Assembly: GCF_902652985.1 (NCBI RefSeq)
Contig: NC_047015.1
Location: 30,628,001-30,692,000 of the forward strand
Direction of reading: 5' to 3'
Source: Pecten maximus
Lineage: Eukaryota
DNA: 64,000 nucleotides
Shown here in pieces: positions 1-15,287 of this stretch (position 1 is the stretch's first letter; each line of letters opens with the position of its first letter). A program made the position numbers and the translations under genes. The notes beneath the pieces are model-generated. The model had not been told where the DNA came from, made no database searches, and worked only from the letters and a program-made list of their open reading frames with translations.

Positions 1-1059
1 TTAATGCCAATAAAGATAAAGGTTGGACTGTTTTGATCATTTGATACGAGCAAAAAACTCACGGAAAATCACACTTCCGACTTTTACGCTTCGTCCAGCT
101 TTGGGAAGGATTTACAGTTGTTTATGAAAGATCAGCATCCGATAAATGTTGTAATATTCATTTAAAGTTTCAAAGCCATCCCTAAACTGCTACAATGGGT
201 TACTAAACAAACAAAATCAATGGGCTATCAAATTCAATAAAATATTTATGTAAAGCTTTTGTCATAACATTCCATCTCTGGTTAAAAATACATCCAACAG
301 GGATTTTAAATGATTCTCTATATCATTATGCTCATGTATGCATTATCTTTACATTTCTTCAAGAAGATCTGGTGGCGCCCTGTTGTAATGTCATTCATAT
401 GTTGTTCTTTTTTTTTTTGTAATTATTGGCATAAGTCATGTATCATTGTCCAATCTGACTGGCTCTTTCTCTCTGTTGGTAAATATCAACATAATGCAAA
501 CGTACATATTTAAGAGGTAATATTATTTTAACACTTTTTGCACTAAAAGCTTTACGCTAGATTATGGTTGCGTTAATCGCACTTTCTATATACTGTTTCT
601 ATGTAAAATAATTATGGCGCCCAAATTCGTCAATGCGCTAAATTTGAGTCCGAAAATAAAGTACGTTTACACAAGCTGACAATCAAGTTAGATTATTTGT
701 TTGATCGGAGGATTTGAAGATGAGCTCAGGTGATGGTCTCCTTTTATAGTACGTCACCCTTAACCGTCACAACAGGACACGGCAGCACGACACCCCGCCC
801 GGTCACTTTATACTGAAAACGTGCTTACCCGTCAATTCAGCTAATATCAAAAGCTTAATGGCAAACAAAGCAAATATTACTTGTTAGTCACGTAATGCTT
901 TTAGCAATGGCTACCAACGACATATTGTGGATCGTGACGCACATAGAATAATGAACATAGTAAGGGTCTGTCATTTTTTACAATGAAAATCAACAAAGTG
1001 ACGAAGAAATTCTGATGCGAACAGCACACTCAACTACAAACAAGTAAAACTGAGTTTAT

Positions 1060-2433
1060 CTTGAGGTGGAATATACCTTGAAATGGAGTCTACATTGAAA
1101 TGGAGTCTACCTTGAGATGGAGGCTACCTAGAGATGGAGGCTACCTAGAGATGGAGGCTACCTAGAGATGGAATCTAACTTGAGATGGAATCTACCTTGA
1201 GATGGAATCTACCTAGAGATGGAATCTATCTTGAGATGGAGGCTACCTAGAGATGGAATCTACCTCGAGATGGAATCTACCTCGAGATGGAATCTAACTT
1301 GAGATGGAATCTAACTTGAGATGGAATCTAACTTGAGATGGAATCTACCTTGAGATGGAATCTACCTCGAGATGGAATCTAACTTGAGATGGAATCTAAC
1401 TTGAGATGGAATCTACATTGAGATGGAATCTACCTCGAGATGGAATCTAGCTTGAGATGGAATCTACCTTGAAATGGAGTCTACAGTGAGATGGAATCTA
1501 CCTTGAGATGGAGTCTGCCTCGAGATGAAATCTACCTCGAGATGGAATCTACCTCGAGATGGAATCTACATTGAGATGGAATCTACCTCGAGATGGAATC
1601 TACCTTGAGATGGAATCAACCTAGAGATGGAGTCTACATTGAGATGGAATCTACCTTGAGATGGAATCTACCTTGAGATGGAGGCTACCTTGAGATGGAA
1701 TCTACCTAGAGATGGAATCTACCTAGAGATGGAATCTACCTAGAGATGGAATCTACCTTGAGATGGAATCAACTTTTAGATAAAATTTGCCTGGAGATGG
1801 AGTCTGACTTGAGATGAAATCTACCTTGAGATTGAGTCTACCTTGAGATGGAATCTAACTTGAGATGGAATCTATCTTGAGATGGAATCTACCTAGAGAT
1901 GGAGTCTACATTGAGATGGAATCTACCTTGAGATGGAATCTAGCTTGAGATGGAGGCTACCTTGAGATGGAATCTACCTAGAGATGGAATCTACCTAGAG
2001 ATGGAATCTACCTTGAGATGGAATCAACTTTTAGATAAAATTTGCCTGGAGATGGAGTCTGACTTGAGATGAAATCTACCTTGAGATTGAGTCTACCTTG
2101 AGATGGAATCTACCTTGAGATGGACTCTACCTCGAGATAGAATTTACCTTGAGATAGAATCTACCTCGAGATAGAATCTACCTCGAGATGGACTCTACCT
2201 CGAGATGGAATCTACGTCGAGATAGAATCTACCTCGTGATGGAATTTTCCTCGAGATGGAATCTACCTCGAGATGGAATCTACATCGAGATGGAGTCCAC
2301 CTCGAGATGGAATCTACCTCGAGATGGAGTCCACCTCGAAATGGAGTCCACCTCGAGATGGAATTTTCCTCGAGATGGAATCTACCTCGAGATGGAATCT
2401 ACCTTGAGATGGAATCTACCTCGAAATGGAGTC
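1060..2433. repeat. Minisatellite, 17-bp unit (cttgagatggaatctac), ~80 copies
   Basis: Direct tandem periodicity of 17 bp; ORFs 2188/2256 are its translations. Confidence 0.95.
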
Positions 2434-2723
2434 TGAGAGCAATGCCGACACAGAGTCGAGGCCTTCACTAAATAATGAAGTATGAAGAGGGCAACAGCAG
2501 CAGATAATACTTTGTCTTTATAATTTAGTCAAGTTATAACGTAATCTTAAATTGTTCGTCTTGTCGATAACTACGTATTTATTATCTTTACACTCATAAT
2601 AACTTACTAGTGGGTATGATGGCGCTCCCATTATTATCTAGTCCATGGAATAGACAATATTTAGTGATCGTCGTAGAAGTTTACTGCAGTTATATAAATG
2701 TAGTTATCAGCATAATGTATTGA

Positions 2724-2960
2724 TTTCGTTTGGTTTAGTATTGTTTAACATCCTATCAACAGCTGAGGTCATTTTCTTTTACGGCCTCTCTTGTATGCAA
2801 GATACATGCGTTGGTAATTATGTGCGTTTTGAGAGGCTGTGGTATGTTTGTGTTTGTCTCCTTGTGATATTGCCGAACTGACGTCGATTCTTTAGTACTA
2901 CTACCGAAAACTCCCAGAAGGACACCCCACCCGGTCGCATTATACTGACAACGGACTGGT
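2724..2960 (-). mobile_element. Degenerate SINE remnant (3' tail and core)
   Basis: gtttaacatcctatcaacagctgaggtcat tail and gacaccccacccggtcgcattatactgacaacgg core. The same core recurs at ~788-822. It resembles common bivalve SINEs (recalled, not searched). Confidence 0.55.
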
Positions 2961-4800
2961 CCTGTCGATTGGGGATTATATACATAATGTGTAGGTCCTG
3001 TTTATTTGCATTATATAAATAATGTATATGTCCTGTCTGTTTGGATTATTACAAAAATGTATTGGTCCAGTGTATGAGGGATTATAAACATAATGTATTA
3101 GTCTTGTCTATTTGGATTATTATAAATAATGTATATGTGCTGTCTATTGGGGATTATATATATAATGTATTGGTCCTGTCTATTTATGTTATTATAAATA
3201 ATGTATTGGTCCAGTGTATGAGGGGTTATATACATGATGTATTGGTCCTGTCTATTAGGGATTATATACATGATATATTGGACCTGTCTATTACGGATTA
3301 TATACATGATGTATTGGTCCTGTCTATTGGGGATTATATACATGATATATTGGACCTGTCTATTAGGGATTATATACATGATGTATTGGTCCTGTCTATT
3401 AGGGATTATATACATAATGTATTGGTCCTGTCTATTAGGGATTATATATATAATGTATTGGTCCTGTCTATTAGGGATTATATACATGATGTATTGGTCC
3501 TGTGTATTAGGGATTATATACATGATCTATTGGTCCTGTGTATTAGGGATTATATACATGATGTATTGGTCCTGTCTATTAGGGATTATATACATGATGT
3601 ATTGGTCCTGTCTACTAGAGATTATATACATGATGTATTGGACCTGTCTATTAGGGATTATATACATGATGTATTGGTCCTGTCTATTAGGGATTATATA
3701 CATGATGTATTGGTCCTGTCTACTAGGGATTATATACATGATGTATTGGTCCTGTCTATTAGGGATTATATACATGATGTATTGGTCCTGTCTATTAGGG
3801 ATTATATACATGATGTATTGGTCCTGTCTCTGAGGGATTATATACATGATGTATTGGTCCTGTCTATTAGGGATTATATACATGATGTATTGGTCCTGTC
3901 TATTAGGGATTATATACATGATGTATTGGTCCTGTCTATTAGGGATTGTATACATGATCTATTGGTCCTGTCTATTAGGGATTGTATACATGATGTATTG
4001 GACCTGTCTATTAGGGATTATATACATGATGTATTGGTCCTGTCTATTAGGTATTATATACATGATGTATTGGTCCTGTCTATTAGGTATTATATACATG
4101 ATGTATTGGTCCTGTCTATTAGGGATTATATACATGATGTATTGGTCCTGTCTATTGGGGATTATATACATGATGTATTGGTCCTGTCTATTAGGGATTA
4201 TATACATGATGTATTGGTCCTGTCTATTAGGTATTATATACATGATCTATTGGTCCTGTCTATTGGGGATTATATACATGATGTATTGGTCCTGTCTATT
4301 AGGGATTATATATATGATGTATTGGTCCTGTCTATTAGGGATTATATACATGATGTATTGGTCCTGTCTATTAGGGATTATATACATGATGTATTGGTCC
4401 TGTCTATTAGGGATTATATACATGATGTATTGGTCCTGTCTATTAGGTATTATATACATGATCTATTGGTCCTGTCTATTGGGGATTATATACATGGTGT
4501 ATTGGTCCTGTCTATTAGGGATTATATATATGATGTATTGGTCCTGTCTATTAGGGATTATATACATGATGTATTGGTCCTGTCTATTAGGGATTATATA
4601 CATGATGTATTGGTCCTGTCTATTAGGGATTATATACATGATGTATTGGACCTGTCTATTAGGGATTATATACATGATGTATTGGTCCTGTCTATTAGGG
4701 ATTATATACATGATGTATTGGTCCTGTCTATTAGGGATTATATATATGATGTATTGGTCCTGTCTATTAGGGATTGTATTTATAGTGTATATGTCCTATA
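2958..4800. repeat. Minisatellite, 36-bp unit (gtattggtcctgtctattagggattatatacatgat), ~50 copies
   Basis: Highly regular tandem array; source of the 600-aa and other repetitive ORFs. Confidence 0.97.
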
Positions 4801-7337
4801 TATTTGGCTTATATCTATAAAGTCTTGCCTACCAGTTCCATAAGGTATTTGTATACATAATCTGTCCTACCTGTTATATAGGGTATATATGTAATGTATT
4901 GGTCATGCTTGCTTTTAACAAATCATATGACAAAACATTTCTGAAAATAAGTTTTGGCCAGTAATTCAATTGTGTTCCAGTTGAAAGTTGAAATGATCGA
5001 CACAATTGTACCAGTGCCAAAGTCGAACAACACATTCAACAAATTATACAAATAATTGTCAAAGACATGTCTGGCGAAACATTAAGACAAAATGATCGCC
5101 TTTGTGTGCAATTCTCACCTAGAGTGGGAAAGTCATCAATTATTAAACTTCATGCCACTGGTGCGTGCACGTGAGGAACAATTACAGGATCGACCTAATT
5201 ACCCACACAATGTAGGGGGCAAAACTCCGGCCTTAACGGGTCCTGGTGTGAAACACTCACTAAAATCGCCAATAAACAAGAAGCAACACGGGATGTGTGT
5301 CATGTACGAGTATTAAGTCTGGTCGGAACTTCAGGGGTGATTCTAGTACAAAACAACACGTTTCTGGTCCGGAATATTTCTGGTATTATCATTCTTTTCG
5401 TTCTCTATATTCCTATAATATAGTTTTTGGTTCTCGCTAAATTAGCATCATTTCAGGTAGAACATCGTGCAGATGCTGACAAGGTGTTTTTAAGTATTCG
5501 GTGGTGGCATATCAACGGATATTGTGATTGTAATTGTCTTAATGGTTGCTCCTATCATTGAAAATTGCGAAGAAGGTATATGAACTTCATAAATACCAAA
5601 TATCAATAGTAAACTATATTTCTAAAAGACATGTAAACGATTGGCTTTGAAATCAACGGGATGCTATAAGAATATAACAATTTCACAAACATTTTCATCA
5701 GTACCCCGTATGTTAATATCCTACATTCTATAACAGTGGGAACATCACGTGTATCATAAGTACCTCCGAGTACACGCGGACATGAATCGCTTCATTGAAT
5801 ACCACATGCTCAAAAATGAAATACATTCATATCTGTTATTTTAAAGGCACTTTTTGAGGGGTCAAATAGACTGTGCTGGAAAGTAAGAATAAGATAACAA
5901 TTTATAACTGTTTATCAAGGCGCAATACTTTACAGTATAAATTCTCTCAGGCGAATACTGCAGTACACACTATGACATAAATATCTCCCCGAGAGATCTT
6001 CGTACCAAGAAACCTGTAGCATGTTAAATGATGATGATAATCATATTAATTAGTCTACTGTTACATCATTTAAATGTTCAAATTGATGCATGCTTCATCT
6101 GACAATTAAAAAGCTTTATGCCACTAATTAATTATCTTACATAATTCACAGGTTAAGCGGTACACGTCCTTGGTGCATGTTAATAGACACGTTCCTGACA
6201 ATGATGTGGGATATTCTAGAGCACAGATATCTCGAGGAAGGACAAACTTATAACGACGGACCTAATTGTCTATAATGTTCGAGGAATCCGTTCGTATACT
6301 ATTTACACAGGATCAGTTCTACATATGATCGATTCATCTATAGATAGTGTGAATCTTAGACACGTTTATAAAATATTATACGATGTTAAGTCTTCAAATG
6401 TTATTGATTTTGCGCAATTTTCACAATATCACTGAAATTGACTGGTAAAGAACGCTTCCATTATTGGAAACATGGCTTAATGACAAATAATAGGAGGGCG
6501 TTGACCTGTCCTTGTTCTCTATTCTGTTTTTTATATGAAAAGGAACAGATGTACATCAATTCTAGTTTGGTACCAACCAAGAGGTATGCTTTAAGTATAA
6601 TGTATTCACAACCATAGCAGCAGGATCACAGTTGCTAGGTTACTAGAGACCAAAGTCAATTTCTCACCAATGGTGTTCCTACTAAAAATTTAATAATGCA
6701 TTACCGAACAAAAAATATTTCCATAATATAAAAGATTTAGTAAGAAACAACTATGAATGGTACAATTTTGTCATTAAAATCTGAACTCCGGTAGATACGT
6801 ATTACTAGACTAGGTATGTGATCGGCGAAGTATAAGCGACAGTAAGGACGAAGCAATTTGTCAATATTTTGAGGCTATATGCCCCTTTACCAAGACACCA
6901 TCTAACAGACGTCCCACTCGTGCTTTCTTTACATTTGTAACACTAGGGTTTCCAATAATGCATTCAAAAGACTGAACGCCAAACACACTCTAGCCAGCCG
7001 GCAAATATCTTATCACGTTTCGCCGTTAATCAACAAAACCTAAGGATGAGCTATGGCCATTGTGGTCATCCTTCCGCGTATGGCTTGACCATACGGCTAG
7101 TGGTGGTCATCTATCACCCTATTACTAACTATTGATCTGATCATGAGCCAACAGACTTCACATCACGGTCCCTGTGCAAGCTAACACGTTATTATCCGAG
7201 AATACGCCTGATAAGTAATGATTAATAAGACAGGGTAAAATTGATACACAAGAAAAAGATGACCAACGGTAGGAAACAGGGGCGCGGTTGAGACCGGTCG
7301 ATACCTGTTCACAGATAGAGATAATGGACCAGTGCTG

Positions 7338-8365
7338 TCTACCACAGGGAGGAAAGTAGAAAATAAGTTGTGTGTACAATGGGGAGGAAAGTAGAAAATA
7401 AGCTGTGTGTACCACAGGGAGGAAAGTAGAAAGTAAGCTGTGTGTACCAAAGGGAGGAAAGTAGAAAGTAAGCTGTGTGTACCAAAGGGAGGAAAGTAGA
7501 AAGTAAGCTGTGTGTACCATAGGGAGGAAAGCCGACAGTAAGCTGTGTGTACCACAGGGAGGAAAGTGGAAAATAAGATGTGTGTACAATGGGAAGGAAA
7601 GTAGAAAATAAGATGTGTGTACCACAGGGAGGAAAGCAGAAAGTAGGCTATTTGTACCACGGGGAGGAAAGCAGAAAGTAAGTTGTTTGTACCACGGGCA
7701 GGAAAGCAGAAAGTAAGCTGTGTGTACCAAAGGGAGTAAAGCCGACAGTAAACTGTGTGTACAGTGGGGAGGAAAGTAGAAAAGAAGATGTGTGTACCAC
7801 AGGGAGGAAAGTAGAAAATAATATGTGTGTACCACAGGGAGGAAAGTAGAAAATAAGCTGTGTGTACCACAGGGAGGAAAGCCGACAGTAAACTGTGTGT
7901 ACAATGGGAAGGAAAGCAGAAAATAAGATGTGTGTACCACAGGGAGGAAAGTAGAAAGTAAGCTGTGTGTACCACAGGGAGGAAAGTAGAAAGTAAGCTG
8001 TGTATACCACAGGGAGGAAAGTAGAAAATAAGATGTGTGTACCACAGGGAGGAAAGTAGAAAATAAGATGTGTGTACAATGGGGAGGAAAGCCGACAGTA
8101 AGCTGTGTGTATCTCAGGGAGGAAAGTAGAAAATAAGATGTGTGTACAATGGGGAGGAAAGTAGAAAGTAAGATGTGTGTACCACAGGGAGGAAAGCAGA
8201 AAATAAGATATGTGTACCACGGGGAGGAAAGCAGAAAGTAAGTTGTTTGTACCACGGGCAGGAAAGCAGAAAGTAGGCTATTTGTACCACGCGGAGGAAA
8301 GCAGAAAGTAAGTTGTTTGTATCACGGGCAGGAAAGCAGAAAGTAAGCTATTTGTACCACAGAGA
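7338..8365. repeat. Minisatellite, 35-bp purine-rich unit (accacagggaggaaagtagaaaataagctgtgtgt), ~29 copies
   Basis: 35-bp periodicity (e.g. 7341 and 7411 are two units apart). Confidence 0.95.
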
Positions 8366-11300
8366 GGTTACAGAATACTAGCACTGTATACCAGCCATAG
8401 GAATGAAACTAGATGGTAAAAGGCAGGCTTTCAACAATAGGTAAATTTAGGATAGCGGAAAGCAATCGTTATGTACCTCTTAGGCAATAAACATAAAGCT
8501 CTCTACCACAATGAGACTATCATAATTCAAACTCTAATAACCACATGTAGGTTTAAATGATCTGTCTACCACAGAAAGGGATTGGGATGGGAAGACATGA
8601 ATGTTGAATACATCCAAGGGTGGATAAGGAACATATATATACTACTGGAAGCAGAGTAGGAGGGATCAGTCCATTACAGTGTGAGCAGGAAGTGTAGCAA
8701 ATACATTGTAGTAAGTATCTTTTACCACAATGAAGACACGAGAAGGCAAACACACGAAGAGTAGAACCGATAAGCCCTTTGATACTAGGGAACATGTTGT
8801 AGGATCTATGTAATTACGAAGATCACTGATTATAGGTACCACATACCGGGGAAGAACGTATTTGTCTATCCAAAGGAAGTAATAGGTGGGTGAGATTTGT
8901 CTACGTTTTGGACAAAACTAAATTACTTGTCCACTGATATGTCGGAGAAGGGCAAGTTATATATACCACAAAAGCTACCATAACTGGAACATGGCTTACA
9001 TCACTTCTACTTCTACTGATACATATTTCTTCGAGCGAGGAAAGTATTTGTCTAATTTCTCTTACCGTACGTAATGTACATTGTACGGTGCTACGATTGA
9101 TCCCATCAGAATAAAGGTTGTTGAAAGGTTCTTCTCATTTCGCTATTTCCATGTAAACAATAAAATCGCCAAAACACATTCTTTGAAAGTAAACATTGTA
9201 GAGAATAATACATTCCAATCATAAATCCTTACAATGGCCACGACGTTATGGCCGTTTCTCATGGGAAAATCTGATACTGTTAACTTGTGCTGCTTGTGTT
9301 CCAACTTATCTGTCACTTGATATGCCAGATCTTATAGATACCGATGCAGCAGAAAATCTGAATTTTAAATAAGCCCTTTAAGGAAGCTTATTGATAATAC
9401 TATTCCACATTATTCCCAAGCAAAAGAAACTTTCTGAAAGGTTGGGGAAATATATGCTTCTTATGATTTATGTGTATCCATTGGATGCTTCTTCAGCTCC
9501 TCTTGTCAATAAATCATCTTTATCACCACATACCAACTTAACATATTTTTGATTGGTGAATTTATTTTTTTATCTAAAAAAATCCCAAATACTATAATTC
9601 CAGCTAATGAACACATAAGTAATGTATTTATCAAAAAATGGAATAATGACCTCTAAACATCCCTTAAGAATGGAATTGTTTAGTTTGTTTCAAACCAAAC
9701 TTGTTACACAGGAAGGTAGTGCGGAAATACAAAATGTATCATCGACACAAAGTGATAAATAAATAAATATAACATATCATTTGGTGATATTCTATTTAAT
9801 TGATCTTAAAGGAAAATTGTTACTTACATTTATATATCAAATTGTTTAGGAGGAAGCTTCATTTTAACATGGAAAATGAATTCGTTGGAAATTGAAAGGT
9901 TTATACTCATAACACAAATATGGCATATTAGGGAAATTCATAATTATGAAATGTCATTGGAAATTAACCAATGCAAGACGCCGCGCGGTGCTTAAACCTT
10001 GTACTATGGCATAGTATTTCATGGAAAAGAAATTTATATTTTCCCTATAAATCTTTGTTTTTAATAAAAATAACAAATAATAAAGTGTATATAAGACGGT
10101 TACACCTCTTCAGTATTATGTATTCGGTAACAATGACGTAGTCATCGTTATTTCTATATTCCTCGTGGTGTTAAAAATCAATTACTCCTCCAGTGTTACC
10201 TTGACTATGACACACATATATAAGCTATGTTCTCTATTTGAACACAGAGTCCCAAATGTGCGTGTTAAACAATAAAAACAACATTTTCTCATATAAAAGG
10301 CAAACAAGACCGAGCTTTCCTGAAATTTTGTTCGTTGTCATGCGCCGCACGCGCTGTTACCAAATGAACGACCCTGACCTTCAATACGTTGTTCAAATGG
10401 GCGTCACTTTTCTATCCTTTGGCGCTGTCACGGATTCTCCCATTTGTCATGTAGAAACATCACAAGTTCCAAGGCCACGGTGGCGGTATATCTACAAGCC
10501 AAAGCCTGCATCCTGCTGTCGTTAAAAGTTGATCTCTTACACAACATGTTAAGTGCGTCGTGAAAGGGTAATAAGTATGGAGATGAAATAATAAATCCCC
10601 AGAAATTAATAATATCCTCCATGAGTGGGATATTGAGCTAAAAGTTTGCAAACATAGTCAAAATCATCGTAAAACTAGAAATTTTACTTTAAACGTACTG
10701 CTTGGGTGTTCGTTAGGGAATGACTGCCTAAAACCCTCTCCTCACCCCGCGGTTACGAGCACGAACACCACGTGTGGGCTGATACACAGCACCGACGGGA
10801 GACATTCCTGTCATTTTCGTCATGTTGTAACGCGGGAATATGGCAAAAAGGGGAATCATGAAGGTGGTGCTAACTTACGTCGCCTCTTAGAATCATACAA
10901 TGGGTAAAAACAGCTTGTTCTTAATTTCCGTCCGGTATTGGTAGTAAAATATGGATTGAAAACAAGAAAAAGCACGCAAGGATTATATCACTTAGGTAGT
11001 AGAAGGTATGGACTTAATCTTATTAACCGCAAGTACATGGACTTCAATTTTTCTTTTCTACGAGACCACGATAGGATGAACATATGCATTAGGTAGAATG
11101 TAAACCATCATGTCATGCGCTAAAACAGACATGATACTTCCGTTGTACTTCCTAGTCAAATCAAATTGCCTTTGAAAATAACTTTATTTATCTATCAAAC
11201 TGCCTAGAAAGAGAAATAATCAATCCAAAAGCCTATTGAAGTGCATATATGTGTCGGAGCATTTAGAATATATTTTCACAGAGTTATGGTTAGTAAAGTT

Positions 11301-11836
11301 GTCTGATGCTATCACTATGAATATTTACATGATTCTAATAAAGTTTGTGTAGACTCCACGGTGTTGTACTTCATAATAACGTATAACAATTAAATCCACG
11401 AAGAGCTTTGTGTAATATGATAAATGACAATATATCTAACTGCATCAGCCATTTTCCATGAGACAAATTAAAACATTTGTTGTTCAGACAATATAAACTG
11501 TATATTATTGTATGCAAACACAGATTTCAACATCCCACTGGTTCTCAGAAATGTGTTTGCAATACATGTCACAACAACTCCAAATGTAATCATCAAAATA
11601 TTGAAACTACCAAATCCCTTTGGTACCTACTGGAATTAATGTTTTAAAGGATAAAAATCGATTTTTGCATTTGAGTTTGCTATTTCTATTTTCCATATAG
11701 ATATTTTCCCTGGGGGTGCTCTGAAGATTTGATGATAATATGATCATTACAGGTAGATTTTCCCCATGTGTGCTGTCGAAATACCCCTGAATAAAATCAG
11801 TCAAGCAGTTTGATGCCTTTAATGTTCGCAGCCAGT

Positions 11837-11837
<1 letters not shown>

Positions 11838-11897
<60 letters not shown>
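11838..11897. repeat. (GTT)n microsatellite
   Basis: ~20 perfect GTT triplets. Confidence 0.97.
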
Positions 11898-11899
<2 letters not shown>

Positions 11900-12534
11900 T
11901 AGAGTGCCTGATTCCAAAAACTGATTTTTAACACAGCACATGAACATCCGATTAAGACGTGCAGTCCTGGTGTTGAATAATTAACGCTAATGATTTAGTT
12001 TCAGTCGGAATTAAATGTTTAAAGGTACATGTTACCATGTAGGTAAAAAATCAATTGGGACTTTGCATCGTAAATACAGTAATAGTTGTTCGCGTTCGAC
12101 TTGTGGGTGATAAATTACTGCTGGCTATACAGCCATACTTCAGGCCGTTTGTTATCTGACCAGCTTTTTACTGTAATTACTTAAGGAGTGATGTTGCCCC
12201 ACCGTTGTATACATCCTATTTTAAAAGAGTTCTAATCTGATTTTATGGAATAAAATAGACTTACAATAATAAACATCTCAAGGGAAACATCACTAACGTG
12301 CATTTTATATATAACTTCATTATATATTTGCTATTGTTTCAATGAAAATTGTTAACTTCATCTGCATTATACTGCCTGTGAAGTTTCTTTTAAACTGTAT
12401 ATATCGTTATGAATTACTGTCTATTCATACTGTTGTTACTTATCCGTGGTTTTGGTAGATGCTACCATTAACTTCCCACAAAAACAGAAACGACTATCTA
12501 TAGTTTACCTAATATGTAATCATAGACAATTTTA

Positions 12535-12810
12535 TTTTGTTTTACGGGGTTTAACGTCCTCACACAACCAGGGTCATATGAACACGGGTGTCAAAGAGAG
12601 ACCTAGAGAGAAAAAAGACAGACAAAAAAGGGAAGAAAGGAATATCCCAATTGTTGAAAGGGGACCAGCAGATCTATTTTCGTCCCTTTAATGTCCCTTT
12701 AATAGAAGACACGGAAGAAAATCCCCCAGTCTTCACCGGCCCACTTTCAATCGCCTCTTACGGCAAGCAGTGAGTAACAGCAGGCATATTCTTCACCTGC
12801 TTCCGCACAT
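12535..12810 (-). mobile_element. Degenerate SINE-like remnant
   Basis: Tail gtttaacgtcctcacacaaccagggtcat is similar to the tail at ~2745; also aatcgcctcttacggcaagcag, a motif recalled from bivalve SINEs. Confidence 0.4.
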
Positions 12811-13990
12811 GTACGCTCTCCATGTTAGCAAATTAGTATTCAATGTGTTAAAACACTGCGTTTTACGAGTGACATTTATAAAATTTGAAAATGAATCAGC
12901 CAAAGTTTGAATACCACGATAAGAAGTCACTTCAAATTGGGGAATATTTATACCAGAATATTTATATCATGTTTCCAAATTGATATTCTGAGAACACCCT
13001 TCTATATTCCGACGTTTGGGAATATTCGTGAAATATTACGACATAATGTCACGCCATTTAAACCATAACGAGTGTAAGCATTAAGGAATGGTACCGCGTC
13101 CAGCCAATTTGCCACTTTTGCTACCATTTAACTTATGTTTAATCAAAAACGCGAAATTTGACCTCACGTTTTGCCGGGTAGTCCGCATGATAGTATTGAA
13201 AACGGTTTAACCTCGCCGGCTGGAAGTAATTGACATATATCGCAGTCTATGAGGTTTTGAATAAAGTGTTTAAATAAGTTATTATCTATGAAAAAGAAAT
13301 GTCCTTTGTTCAAAGGTTTATTTTTATTTTCACTTTTTAGATATTCTTTTAATATTTGAAGAAATCCGGTATAAAGCCAATTTGTATTTTTGAAGTACTA
13401 AACTTTTTTTTTAAGACATGCCTATCGTGCTATACGTTGAAAGGATCAATCACCAGTTTTATTTTCAGTATTTTCGAGTTTTTTTTTTTTATAAATATAC
13501 TTTTATGAAAAAAATCTGTTAATATTATATCTTAGGACTCTTTACTAATGCATTGTAACTACAATTTAGTCCTCGTGTTCTTTTAAACGTATACGTATCG
13601 CTTTGAAGAAATCAATGATTAAAGTAGAAAAAAAGTTAATTGAGACATGCCATATATAGATAAGTGCAATTGTTTTTCCAATTTCTAATCAACTTTACAG
13701 GTAAAGAGACAATCTGGGAGCGTTGCCAAGAACCAAAGGAAGTGAAACGATGATGAAATTGTGGCAGCAAGGCAGCGGGCAGTTATCTTATGGGTAACAG
13801 AACTGTACTACACCGACGAATATAGAAATCGCCTTACATAAACAACCCCCAAATTATTAAAACATTGAAATAACATGCTGCAGGTAAGCTAATGTCATAG
13901 TCCATAGTGAATAAGCTATGAATAAATGTTAAAACACTTTAGGAGTAACTCGAACTACTCCATAAATAGCATAGCCCAATATTCACTTAC

Positions 13991-14017
13991 CTTAATGATG
14001 AAGCTGGTGACGTTCAT
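13991..14017 (-). CDS. Candidate first coding exon (MNVTSFIIK) of an unidentified gene
   Basis: ATG after an in-frame stop, 9 codons, then a strong AAG|GTAAGT donor; CpG-rich upstream region; no downstream exon identified. Confidence 0.25.
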
Positions 14018-15287
14018 ATGACCTCTCTGAATATTCCAATGGTATATTGTGCTTCCAACGAGTACTGTGTGATACCCCCTTGCTTCTCTGCTTCTCTAAG
14101 TGGTACAGCGGAGGAGCAGACGACAGCCAAGTCGCACGCGCTTGCCGCCACAGACCAAGTATAGTGGTGATGCGCAGTTCTACTGAGCAGCAGTTAAAGT
14201 AGGCTCATCAATATGGTATAATGAATTGTCAGAATTCAATACATTAATTGTATTGAGAGATTCCACGGGACGGATGATCTGATCCATGCAACACTACAAA
14301 CTGTTGATGGCACCACTGCCGGGCCTGGTTTTACTGTGACTCCGTATCAATCCCAGATATTTGCTGCCTTCGTTGACACGTCTCCGTGTTGCAGGGTTCG
14401 CGACGTTCGTTGAAGTGTTGTTACTTCAGACACCAGTACGGAGCCTGACAAATCACAGCGTCGTTACACAGACAGATTTGTCAAGAAACAACAGGAGGAT
14501 TCGCGACGACGTTGTTACTAAAACAGGCTGTGTTTTACTGAAACAACATACTCAAACACCGTGTTGTTTCTATGCTATACTTATCATTAAACAATGATAA
14601 TGTTGGCAATAAAAAGGACTACATGATGATGTCTAGAACAGAATTGTGTCACATTGTTGTTACAGAGAGAGACGTCACGAGGAACAGCATCAAACAATAT
14701 TTTGACTAACGGTAGTTATGTTATACAGTATGTGAACTCGCGACATGACACGATTATCCTCGAGGAAAATGATTAAGGCCACAATCTTCTGCAGTGAATT
14801 TAATTGTAAGAAAGACTTTTGCTTTCAAAAATATTGCATGAATGGGCGTTTCACACCGATTTCACGTAACAACGGCGGAAATCAAAAGCAATGTTTTGAT
14901 AAATCATTCAAGATATTATTTCTAGATACATTCATGTTTTGCGATATAACATCGTTCGAAATCGGAATCAGAATTTTTGTTGTGCAATATTTTTTCATGT
15001 TCAAAATGTAAACAGCCGTATTGTTGAAAATGCTATTGTATCCCACACTCGACTCCAAACATATCATGTAAAACAAACTCAGCATAATGATGTTGAAGAT
15101 AGAAATATAGTTCAGAACATCACATATGACTTCATTGACATGAAAAATGTTGATACATAATAAAGCATAATTACACAAAATGAAGTTGTCAAACAATATC
15201 AGAAAGCGTTACATAAGTGGGCGTTTTTAACACAGAATATTGCCGTCAAACACTAACAGCAAAACAGAAGAGTTACTCGGACGGCTT

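Noticed and set aside
3041-4843. 600-aa ORF of 12-aa repeats (DYIHDVLVLSIR) and overlapping ORFs
   Set aside because: Translation of a 36-bp minisatellite; open in several frames on both strands; TTG start; the unit variants I checked change amino acids rather than being synonymous
7158-8255. Three long minus-strand ORFs
   Set aside because: The 35-bp unit cycles through all frames; artefact of a stop-poor repeat
10700-10800. tRNA-like B-box remnant
   Set aside because: Too degenerate and no cloverleaf; at most an old SINE head
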